Below are positions 1 to 6,717 of a stretch of DNA of 32,000 nt, one piece after another. The position numbers and the translations under genes were made by a program. Each line of letters begins with the position of its first letter. The first letter of the stretch is position 1. The notes beneath the pieces are model-generated. The model was not told where the DNA came from and did no database searches. It saw only the letters and a list, made by a program, of their open reading frames with translations. The DNA comes from Streptomyces tirandamycinicus (GTDB lineage: Bacteria; Actinomycetota; Actinomycetes; Streptomycetales; Streptomycetaceae): contig NZ_CP029188.1 of the NCBI RefSeq assembly GCF_003097515.1, forward strand, positions 5,530,531 to 5,562,530, in the 5' to 3' direction.

Positions 1-211
1 GAGTTGTTGGTGTCCATGAGCACAGATTGCGCCATTCGGGTCAACGCCCGGTCATTGCTGGCTCATAAGCACCGCACGGGCCGGCGGGAGCAGGCGATTA
101 CCGGCCGATGAGGCTCCTTCGGAAACGTGGCGGTACGTTGACGAACGCGGGCCCTGGTTCGCCAACGGCAGGGCCTGAGCGTGCCCCGCGAAAAGGATCG
201 GAGAATACGGA

Positions 212-769
212 ATGAATTCCGCGCCCGCTGACCTCGACGCAGTCACTGCGGTGCCCAGCCCGCCCGCCCACGACGCGGTGACCCCCGCGGTGCTGCGATC
301 CGTGATGTCGCGTTTCGCCACCGGAGTCACCGTCATCACCGTGGGCGGGGAACACCTGCACGCGATGACCGCCAACGCCTTCAGCTCGGTGTCCCTGGAA
401 CCGCCCTCGGTGCTGTGCAGTGTGGGGCACAGCGCGGTGATGCACGGGGCGCTGACCTCGGCGGGGCGGTTCGCCGTCAACATACTCGACGTCGACCAGG
501 AGCCGCTGGCCCGGCACTTCGCCGACAAGAAGCGCACCCTGGGCGCCACCCAGTTCGACGGCGTCCCGTGGACGCCGGGCGAGCACACCGGCGCCCCGCT
601 TCTGGGCGGATCGCTGGCCTGGCTGGAATGCGAACTCACCGCCGCGCACGAGTTCGGTGACCACACCATCTTCATCGGCACAGTGGTCGGAGCGGGCCAG
701 TTCACCAAGGGCCATGGACTGCTGTTCGTCGACGGCCGATTCGGTCGCCCCGAGTCGTCCGCGCGCTGA
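212..769 (+). CDS. NAD(P)H:flavin reductase (flavin-reductase-like domain, HpaC/ActVB/SnaC type); probable reductase partner for two-component flavin-dependent oxygenases
   Basis: 185-aa ORF. ATG 212 has GGAG about 9-12 nt upstream; stop TGA 767-769. The translation shows the flavin-reductase-like pattern (RSVMSRFATGVTVIT..HAMTANAFSSVSLEPPSVL..FAVNIL..GDHTIFIGTV). The family call is by recognition. Confidence 0.85.
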   Translation: MNSAPADLDAVTAVPSPPAHDAVTPAVLRSVMSRFATGVTVITVGGEHLHAMTANAFSSVSLEPPSVLCSVGHSAVMHGALTSAGRFAVNILDVDQEPLARHFADKKRTLGATQFDGVPWTPGEHTGAPLLGGSLAWLECELTAAHEFGDHTIFIGTVVGAGQFTKGHGLLFVDGRFGRPESSAR

Positions 770-827
770 AGCGCGGCCCCCGCCGCGGGGCCGGTGAAAA
801 AGCGGCAGGGCGATCCGATGACCCGTT

Positions 828-899
828 CATGACCGTGATGAGATCGCCGAATGCCATGACCGTGAACTGTTCGTTCCCCGCTCCTGCTTTCATGGCCGT
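828..899 (+). repeat. Direct repeats CATGACCGTGA (x2) plus a degenerate third copy, upstream of the imine reductase gene
   Basis: catgaccgtga occurs at 828-838 and 855-865. catggccgt is at 891-899, and a related gatgacccgt is at 818-827. All lie in the 156-nt intergenic region. Confidence 0.5.
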
Positions 900-925
900 T
901 CTGCAAGAGCACCACGGAGTGGGAA

Positions 926-1828
926 ATGGAGTCGTACATGACTGGCAATGGCCGTTCACCGGTGACCGTCATCGGCCTCGGGCTGATGGGCCAGGCGCTG
1001 GCCGCCGCCTTCCTGAAGGGCGGCCACCCGACCACCGTCTGGAACCGGTCCGCCGACAAGGCGACGGATCTGGTGTCCTCGGGAGCCGTGCTCGCCGACA
1101 CCCCGGACGAGGCGGTCTCGGCCGCCGACTTGATCGTCGTCTGCGTGTCGGACGACGACGCGCTGCACGGCGTACTCGACCCGGTGGCCGAGAAGCTGCG
1201 CGGCCGCGTGGTGGCCAACCTGACCTCCGGCTCCTCGGACCAGGCGCGGGCCAACGCCGCGTGGTCCGCCGAGTGGGGCTTCGACTACCTCGACGGCGCC
1301 ATCATGACCGTGCCGGCGGGCGTCGGAGCCCCCGAGTCGGTGTTCTTCTACGCCGGTCCCCAGAAGGCCTACGACCGCCACGCCGAGGCGTTGGCCCTGC
1401 TCGGCGGCGGCACCACCTACCTCGGTGAGGACCACGCCCTGGCCCCGCTGTACGACGTGGCGCTGCTCGGCATGATGTGGGGGACGCTCAACAGCTTCCT
1501 CCAGGGCGCGGCGCTGCTGGCCACGGCGGACGTCAAGGCGTCGGAGTTCCTGCCCTGGGCGATCAAGTGGGTGGACGCCGTCAAGATGTTCGCCACCGAC
1601 TACGCTGGGCAGATCGACGCCGGTGACGGCGCCTATCCCGCTCGGGACGCCACCATGGACGTGCACGCCGGCGCGCTGAAGCACCTGCTGCACGAGAGCG
1701 AGTCCCAGGGCGTCAACGCCGAACTGCCTCGCTTCGTCCAGGGCCTGATGCAGCGCACCATCGCCGCGGGCTTCGGGCAGAACAGCTACGCCAGCATGAT
1801 CGAGCTGTTCCGCGCGCCGGAGAAGTAG
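926..1828 (+). CDS. NADPH-dependent imine reductase (IRED; beta-hydroxyacid-dehydrogenase-like fold)
   Basis: 300-aa ORF. ATG 926 and ATG 938 (MTGNG..) both have GGAG upstream, so the start is ambiguous by 4 codons. Rossmann N-terminus is VTVIGLGLMGQALAAAFLKGGHPTTVWNRS, followed by NLTSGSS, YLDGAIM, LLGGGTTYLG, LYDVALLGMMWGTLNSF, DYAGQIDAGDG and LKHLLHESE. These closely match what I recall of characterised Streptomyces IREDs. Confidence 0.85.
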   Translation: MESYMTGNGRSPVTVIGLGLMGQALAAAFLKGGHPTTVWNRSADKATDLVSSGAVLADTPDEAVSAADLIVVCVSDDDALHGVLDPVAEKLRGRVVANLTSGSSDQARANAAWSAEWGFDYLDGAIMTVPAGVGAPESVFFYAGPQKAYDRHAEALALLGGGTTYLGEDHALAPLYDVALLGMMWGTLNSFLQGAALLATADVKASEFLPWAIKWVDAVKMFATDYAGQIDAGDGAYPARDATMDVHAGALKHLLHESESQGVNAELPRFVQGLMQRTIAAGFGQNSYASMIELFRAPEK

Positions 1829-1851
1829 GCGGGCCGCCACACCGGCCGAGG

Positions 1852-1878
1852 GCCCGGACCGGTACCCCCGGTCCGGGC
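1852..1878 (+). terminator. GC-rich hairpin downstream of the imine reductase gene (candidate intrinsic terminator)
   Basis: Perfect 11-bp stem gcccggaccgg (1852-1862) / ccggtccgggc (1868-1878) with a 5-nt loop taccc, followed by tt. It lies 24 nt after the stop codon, in a convergent intergenic region. Confidence 0.5.
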
Positions 1879-1940
1879 TTCGCGTCGCCCGCACATGCGC
1901 CCGCGCACACGCCCGCGCGCTCTTCCCGCGCACACGACCG

Positions 1941-1984
1941 CGGCGGCCCGTACGGCCCGGTCGTCCGGGGCGTACGGGCCGCCG
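1941..1984 (-). terminator. Long GC hairpin downstream of the minus-strand flavoenzyme gene (candidate terminator)
   Basis: 1941-1954 (cggcggcccgtacg) pairs perfectly with 1971-1984 (cgtacgggccgccg). An inner 5-bp stem cccgg/ccggg (1956-1960 / 1965-1969) follows one mismatch. It lies about 60 nt beyond the stop at 2047. Confidence 0.45.
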
Positions 1985-2046
1985 CCGGCCGGGGGCCGCC
2001 GCACCGGCTCCCGCTCACACAGTGGCCGGTGGGGCGGGCGCGTCCG

Positions 2047-3222
2047 TCACAGGAAGTACGTGCCGGGCTCCAGGCCCATCAGCACGCGGCCCTGCACCTC
2101 CAGGTTGGCGCCCAGCTGCACCAGGGCGTGCAGCGAGAAGCCCTGGATGTCGCGGTGGAAGCGCTGGAGGTCGACATCGGTGCGGATCACCGAGCCGCCG
2201 CTGGCCGCGTACAGCGTCTCGACCGCCTCCTTGGCCAGCTGGCCCGCGTACGCCGTCTGGCCGCGGATGACGGCCTTCTCCTCGTCGGTCGGCTGCTCGC
2301 CCGCGTCGGCCGCCCGCTGGAGCACCTCCAGCCAGCGCTCGGACAGGGCGCGCGCCGCCTCGATCTTGTTGGCGGCGACGGCCAGCTGCTGCTGGGTCGG
2401 CGGGTGCTCGCGCTGGTCCGTCCAGTCCGTGTAGGTGATGCCGCGGCCCGGCACCCGCTCCAGGAACAGCCCGTAGGCGCCCTCGGCGATGCCGACGAGG
2501 GTCGCCGCCACACTGGACAGGATGTAACCGAGCAGCCCGTAGTTGCGCCCGGTCGCCCCGGTGTTGGAGCGGTTGCCGGTCGCGCTGACCATGGCCTCCT
2601 CCAGCGGCACCGTGCGGTGCGCCGGCACGAACAGGTCGGCGGCCTTGACCGTGCAGCTGCCGGTGCCCGCGCCGGACGAGACGTACCAGTCGTCCTCCAC
2701 GGCCAGTTCGGCCGTCGGCACCAGCGCGACCAGCTCCTGGTGCGTGCCGTCGGGCAGCTCCACCAGAGCGGCCAGCAGGTCCCAGTCGGCGCCGCGGACA
2801 CCGGAGTTGTACCGCCAGGTGCCGTCCAGCCGGTAGCCGCCGTCAACCGGCTTGAGGGTGCCGCTGGGCGCGAAGACGATCGACACCCGCGTGGAGCCGG
2901 AGGCGAAGACCTCCTCCTGCGCCCGGTCGGGGTAGAGGCTGACCGCCCACGCACTGGTGAGCCACACCATCGTCAGCCAGCCGGTCGACGGGCAGCCGCG
3001 TGCGACCTCGGAGATGACCCGCGCCTGCTGCGCGGCGTCCAGGTCGAGACCGCCGTACGTCCTGGGCACCGCGGAGCGGAAGACCCCGGCCTTCTCCAGG
3101 ACCTGGACGTTCTCCTCGACGATCCAGCGCCGCTGCTCGCTCTCCTCCCCGTTGCGGCGGAGCACCGGCACGGCGGCGCGCACGCCGTCGAGCACGGAGG
3201 CGAGTTCTTCTTCGGTGGCCAT
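2047..3222 (-). CDS. Acyl-CoA dehydrogenase-fold flavoprotein, likely a flavin-dependent (two-component type) oxygenase/dehydrogenase; paralogue of 30828-32000
   Basis: 391-aa ORF. ATG 3222 is preceded by GAGGAG on the minus strand. It aligns along its whole length with the 30828-32000 product (shared PGRGITYTDW.DQR.HP..QQQ, QR.HRDI.GF..HAL, E.QGRVLMGL.PG.Y.L). The N-terminal and middle regions look ACAD-like (AGVFR..VP...GGL, GYRL.G.W.YNSG). The flavin reductase at 212-769 lies nearby. Confidence 0.8.
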   Translation of the reverse strand: MATEEELASVLDGVRAAVPVLRRNGEESEQRRWIVEENVQVLEKAGVFRSAVPRTYGGLDLDAAQQARVISEVARGCPSTGWLTMVWLTSAWAVSLYPDRAQEEVFASGSTRVSIVFAPSGTLKPVDGGYRLDGTWRYNSGVRGADWDLLAALVELPDGTHQELVALVPTAELAVEDDWYVSSGAGTGSCTVKAADLFVPAHRTVPLEEAMVSATGNRSNTGATGRNYGLLGYILSSVAATLVGIAEGAYGLFLERVPGRGITYTDWTDQREHPPTQQQLAVAANKIEAARALSERWLEVLQRAADAGEQPTDEEKAVIRGQTAYAGQLAKEAVETLYAASGGSVIRTDVDLQRFHRDIQGFSLHALVQLGANLEVQGRVLMGLEPGTYFL

Positions 3223-3378
3223 GGGACTTCTCCTCGTCGCGCGGGATTCAAAAGGTGCGAGTCGCTCTGTGCGTTCACGTTATGCCCGGGAATTCGCGGA
3301 ACGGAAAATCCGTGATCTCACCCCGGTAACGCCTCGAGAACCCGCGGAAGGTGCGCCGAGACCGCTGTGAGGACACTG

Positions 3379-3407
3379 GATTACCGGACGATTACCAGCG
3401 GATTGCC
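3379..3407. promoter_or_regulatory. Three direct heptamer repeats GATTACC / GATTACC / GATTGCC at exact 11-bp spacing (candidate activator/operator site)
   Basis: Heptamers start at 3379, 3390 and 3401. They sit in the divergent intergenic region between the flavoenzyme gene (start 3222, minus) and the DinB-like gene (start 3460, plus). The function is inferred only. Confidence 0.3.
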
Positions 3408-3459
3408 GGGCGGTGGGCGGGCTTTTCGGCGGCCCGGTTCCGTCTGGCACTATGAGCCC

Positions 3460-4038
3460 ATGAACGAGCCTTGGGACTCCCTTGTTTCCGCCGCCGCCGA
3501 GGACAGCGCGGCACTTCTCGAGAAATGCGCCGGGGACTGGTCCCGGCCCGCCGGTGAACTGACCTGGAGCTGTACGCAGACCGTCGACCACCTCTCCCAG
3601 GCGGTGTACGGCTACGCGGCGCTGCTGATCGCCCGCCCGACCGACCGCTATGTGGCGCTGCGGGTCGCGATGGACGCGTCGGCGCCCGCCGACGAGATCG
3701 CGGAGAGCGTCAGGATCGGCGGCACCCTGCTCGCCCAGACCGTGCGCACCACGGACCCCGGCGCCTGGGCCTGGCACCCCTGGGGTCCCGGTGACGCGAG
3801 CGCGTTCGCCGCCGCCGGAGCCCTGGAACTCCTGGTGCACAGCCGCGACATCGCCCAGGGCTTCGGCATCGAGGCGGCCCTGGACGGCGAGCTGTGCGCG
3901 CCGGTCGTCGACCGCCTGTTCCCCGAGGCGCCGAGCGGTCAGCGGCCGGCCGACACCCTGCTGTGGTGCGCCGGCCGGATCGCGCTGCCCGGCCTGCCCC
4001 GGCGCACGGACTGGCGCTGGGACGGCACCGCGCGCTGA
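3460..4038 (+). CDS. DinB / mycothiol-dependent maleylpyruvate-isomerase N-terminal domain (MDMPI_N, TIGR03083-like) family protein
   Basis: The ORF-track ORF 3367-4038 starts at GTG. I prefer ATG 3460 (MNEPWDSL..) because the upstream extension translates the 11-bp repeats. The motifs TVDHLSQAVYGY and LELLVHSRDIAQGFG (His ... E..xHxxD) fit the DinB-fold metal-binding pattern of actinobacterial MDMPI-like proteins. No clear Shine-Dalgarno is present, and CACTAT ends 7 nt before the ATG, so the mRNA may be leaderless. Confidence 0.65.
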   Translation: MNEPWDSLVSAAAEDSAALLEKCAGDWSRPAGELTWSCTQTVDHLSQAVYGYAALLIARPTDRYVALRVAMDASAPADEIAESVRIGGTLLAQTVRTTDPGAWAWHPWGPGDASAFAAAGALELLVHSRDIAQGFGIEAALDGELCAPVVDRLFPEAPSGQRPADTLLWCAGRIALPGLPRRTDWRWDGTAR

Positions 4039-4113
4039 CCGGCCGGAGCACGCGCTGCCGGCCGCCGAGCGCTGATCGGCCGCCGCGCGCCGAACCGGCT
4101 GCCGCCGGACACA

Positions 4114-4147
4114 CGGACGCCCCCGGGTCGGGACCCGGGGGCGTCCG
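4114..4147. terminator. Perfect 15-bp GC hairpin between convergent genes (candidate bidirectional terminator)
   Basis: cggacgcccccgggt (4114-4128) / acccgggggcgtccg (4133-4147) with loop cggg. It lies between the stop at 4038 (+) and the stop at 4176 (-). Confidence 0.55.
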
Positions 4148-4175
4148 GTGTCGTATCACCGGCGCGGGTGCTCGG

Positions 4176-4604
4176 TTACTCGGCGGCCACCAGGCCCGTC
4201 GAGGCCACCGGACGGTCGATGGCCATCAGCCAGCGGCCGTCCTCGATGCGGCGCAGCACGTCGGTGCAGACGCCCTCGAGGTGGACCGGCTCGCCGTCCT
4301 TGCCCACGGTGTCGATGCTGTACCGGACGCCGACCAGGGCCACGTCGCCGGCCACGTACGAGTGGGTCAGCTCCGCTTTCAGCGAGGGCTTGGCGGCCAG
4401 GAACTCCTTGAACCAGGCCAGCCGCGCCCCTCCGGTGAGGGGCTCGCCGGAGAAGTTGGAGATGGAGTCCTTGCGGTAGAGGCTGTCGAAGATCGCCCCG
4501 TCGCCGGTGTTGAACGCCTGGAGGAAGACCTCGTTCTGGGTGTCGGGGTCGTCGGTGAGGTCAGGGTTGTTCGGGTCGAAGTCGGTGCTGAAGTTGTAGG
4601 CCAT
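4176..4604 (-). CDS. NTF2-like / SnoaL-like (ketosteroid-isomerase-like, DUF4440-type) small protein; paralogue of 6248-6625
   Basis: 142-aa ORF with ATG at 4602-4604 and stop TAA. It shares a motif pattern with the 6248-6625 product (AFN.GD, G.PLTG.AR, FLA..P, GD.AL, ID.V...G.P.HL.G...DVLR...DG.W..A.D.P). Size and pattern fit an NTF2-fold cone. Confidence 0.7.
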   Translation of the reverse strand: MAYNFSTDFDPNNPDLTDDPDTQNEVFLQAFNTGDGAIFDSLYRKDSISNFSGEPLTGGARLAWFKEFLAAKPSLKAELTHSYVAGDVALVGVRYSIDTVGKDGEPVHLEGVCTDVLRRIEDGRWLMAIDRPVASTGLVAAE

Positions 4605-4660
4605 CGTGAACCGGCCCGCCTCTCTGTGAAGGTGACTGGGACGTGAAGGGACGTGGGGAC

Positions 4661-4704
4661 TCGGCCGCCGGGGGCCGGGAAGACTTCCGCCCCCCGGCGG
4701 CCGA
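4661..4704 (-). terminator. 14-bp GC hairpin downstream of the amine oxidase gene (candidate terminator)
   Basis: tcggccgccggggg (4661-4674) / cccccggcggccga (4691-4704). The 16-nt loop can pair further internally. It lies 11 nt beyond the TAA stop at 4715-4717 on the minus strand. Confidence 0.5.
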
Positions 4705-4714
4705 GGTCGCTCGG

Positions 4715-6145
4715 TTACTCCAGGCCGAGGGTCTGTCGGGCCGCGCGCAGCCCCGACTCGACCGCCCCGTCCAGGAAGCCCGACCAGCCGTTCGCCACGT
4801 CACCGCTCGCGAAGGCGACCCGGCCGCTGGTGTTGTGGATGGACGGGTACAGCGAGGTGAGCTGCCCCGGCTTGCGGAAGGCCCATCCGCCGCGCGCGTA
4901 AGGGTCCCGGCCCCAGTCGTGCGCCCGCACCTCGATGATGTCCAGCTCCGCGCCGAGCTGGCGGACGGCACTGGCGACCTGGGCCTTGTCGGCCGGATCG
5001 AGCGTCGGATCGGTGCTGAACGCGACGTACAGCAGACCCTGGCTCGTCTCCTTGAAGGGCATCAGCATGGGGATCGGCGAACCGCCCTCCGCGCCCTGCG
5101 CGGAGAACTTGCCCGCCCCGGCCTTGGCGTGGATGAACATCTTGTACGCGTTCGGCACCGCGATGCCCTGGGCGCCGGCCGTGGTGTGCGCAGCCGGCAG
5201 CGACGGCGAGAACCTGATGGTGGGCCAGACGTTGACCGGCACGGCCACGACCGCGCGGGTCGCGCTGTAGCGCACCCCCGACTTCAGCGTCACGTACACC
5301 AGCGAACCGGTGTCGGTGACCGACGCGACCGGGGAGTTCAGCCGCAGCACCGGCTTGGCATCCGCCAGCATGGCGTCGAGCAGCCCGGACGTGCCGTTGG
5401 TCATGCGCCAGCGCTGGGTGTCGGCCCAGCCCTGGTTGCTCCAGCCCGCCAGCGACCACCAGTGCGACAGCATGGTGAGCGCGCCCTGCGTGCTGGAGCC
5501 GCCCGAGTAGATCGCCGTCTGCCCGTTGACCAGCAGCTCCTCCTCGGCGGTGAGGCCGAGCTGGTTGAGCCGGTCGCGCAGCGACAGCCGGTCCAGGCTC
5601 TGCAGCAGGTCCGACCGGTACAGCGGCTCGAAGGGGCGCTCGAAGTACTGGCGGGACCCGTCGAAGAGCCTCTCCAGCACCGCGCCCGTGCGGTTGAAGG
5701 CGTCCTCCGGGGTGAACTCCTTCGGACCGGAGGGCGTCGGCAGGAGGACCCGGTCCACCGGGTGCTCCTCGGTCAGGGCGATGTCGTACCGCGTCAGTTC
5801 GGCGGCGATGTGCGGCTGGGTGGTCTCCACCCAGGTGCCGCCCATCTCCACCTGGTGGCCCCCGAAGGTGTCGACGTAGGTGCGGCCGCCGACGCGGCCC
5901 CGCGCCTCCAGGAGCAGTACCCGCTTGCCGCGGGCCCGCAGTTCGCGGGTGGCCGTGATCCCCGCGAATCCCGCTCCGATCACGATGACGTCGTACGGGC
6001 CCCCCTCGGCCGCCCCGGCCGGGCCGGCCGCGAGCACGGGGGCCGCCGCCAGAGCGGCCGTGCCGCCGATCGCCTTGAGCAGAGTCCGGCGCGAAGGACG
6101 CCGCGATGTCGTAGCCTCTGCGCTGGTGTCGTTTAGGTGTCTCAT
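4715..6145 (-). CDS. FAD-dependent amine oxidase (flavin monoamine/polyamine-oxidase family) with N-terminal twin-arginine (Tat) signal peptide
   Basis: The ORF-track start is GTG 6154. ATG 6145 is preferred because GGAAG lies 5-9 nt upstream. The Tat motif is SRRPSRRTLLK, followed by a hydrophobic AIGGTAALAAAPVLAAG stretch and an A-x-A-like GAAE site. The mature protein begins with the dinucleotide-binding YDVIVIGAGFAGITATREL...LLLEARGRVGGR typical of flavin amine oxidases. Confidence 0.85.
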   Translation of the reverse strand: MRHLNDTSAEATTSRRPSRRTLLKAIGGTAALAAAPVLAAGPAGAAEGGPYDVIVIGAGFAGITATRELRARGKRVLLLEARGRVGGRTYVDTFGGHQVEMGGTWVETTQPHIAAELTRYDIALTEEHPVDRVLLPTPSGPKEFTPEDAFNRTGAVLERLFDGSRQYFERPFEPLYRSDLLQSLDRLSLRDRLNQLGLTAEEELLVNGQTAIYSGGSSTQGALTMLSHWWSLAGWSNQGWADTQRWRMTNGTSGLLDAMLADAKPVLRLNSPVASVTDTGSLVYVTLKSGVRYSATRAVVAVPVNVWPTIRFSPSLPAAHTTAGAQGIAVPNAYKMFIHAKAGAGKFSAQGAEGGSPIPMLMPFKETSQGLLYVAFSTDPTLDPADKAQVASAVRQLGAELDIIEVRAHDWGRDPYARGGWAFRKPGQLTSLYPSIHNTSGRVAFASGDVANGWSGFLDGAVESGLRAARQTLGLE

Positions 6146-6247
6146 GTCTTCCACAGGGATGTTTGGTGCACGTCTGACGACGGCCCGACGGATGGGATGC
6201 GGGAAGCGGGAGGACGGCGAGAGGCGGGGAGGGCCGTCCGGGCCGGA

Positions 6248-6625
6248 CTACTTCTGGCCGTACGGGTCGTCGACGGCGTAGCGCCAGATGCCGTCCTCGC
6301 CGAGCCGCAGCACGTCCACACCGGTGCCCGTCAGGTGCTCCGGCTTGCCCTCGTCGTCGACCGAGTCGATCTCCCAGTCGACGATCAGCAGCGCCGTGTC
6401 CCCGGTGACGAAGATCTGCCGGGTCTTGGTGCTGATCTTCGGGCCGCGGGCCAGGAACGCCCGCTGGTATTCCCGGCGCGCGTCACCGGTCAGCGGCTTG
6501 CCCGGCTCCCAGACCGCGACGGCCTCGTCCGTGTAAAAGAAGTCCATGGCTTCGAAGTCACCGCGGTTGAACGCGTCGACATATTGCGCGGTGTGCTTTT
6601 CCACGGTCTCGTGCAGCTGTGACAT
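6248..6625 (-). CDS. NTF2-like / SnoaL-like small protein; paralogue of 4176-4604
   Basis: 125-aa ORF with ATG at 6623-6625. It contains YVDAFNRGDFEAM, GKPLTGDAR, GDTALLIVDWEIDSV and DVLRLGEDGIWRYAVDDP, which is the same motif skeleton as the 4176-4604 product. Confidence 0.7.
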   Translation of the reverse strand: MSQLHETVEKHTAQYVDAFNRGDFEAMDFFYTDEAVAVWEPGKPLTGDARREYQRAFLARGPKISTKTRQIFVTGDTALLIVDWEIDSVDDEGKPEHLTGTGVDVLRLGEDGIWRYAVDDPYGQK

Positions 6626-6717
6626 AGGAACTGTCGACCTGCCTTCTGGATGTCGGCGTTCGGGTCATTTCCGGTACGGATGGTATTCGAGGTCGTTCTG
6701 CGGATCGCCCATCGGTC

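Noticed and set aside
1-17. Possible minus-strand gene start (reverse complement of 1-17 reads ATGGACACCAACAACTC)
   Set aside because: Only five codons lie in the window and there is no convincing RBS, so this cannot be supported.
3367-3459. GTG 3367 as the start of the DinB-like gene (ORF-track call)
   Set aside because: The 31-codon extension has no Shine-Dalgarno and simply translates the 11-bp periodic GATTACC repeats. The conserved domain begins right after ATG 3460. I keep it as a possible alternative, since I cannot exclude it without TSS or proteomic data.
4161-4720. Identical 12-mer gctcggttactc at both the 4176 and 4715 gene ends
   Set aside because: It covers the stop codon TAA plus the last Glu codon and 6 nt of 3' flank in each gene. 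It is short enough to be coincidence or a shared terminator context, and no further similarity extends from it.
52-6136. ORFs 52-1254 (-), 956-1933 (-), 2029-3315 (+), 3280-3840 (-), 3894-4646 (+), 4643-6136 (+)
   Set aside because: Each lies antisense to or out of frame with an ORF that has clear family motifs (flavin reductase, IRED, ACAD-fold, DinB-like, NTF2-like, amine oxidase). Their translations are low-complexity.
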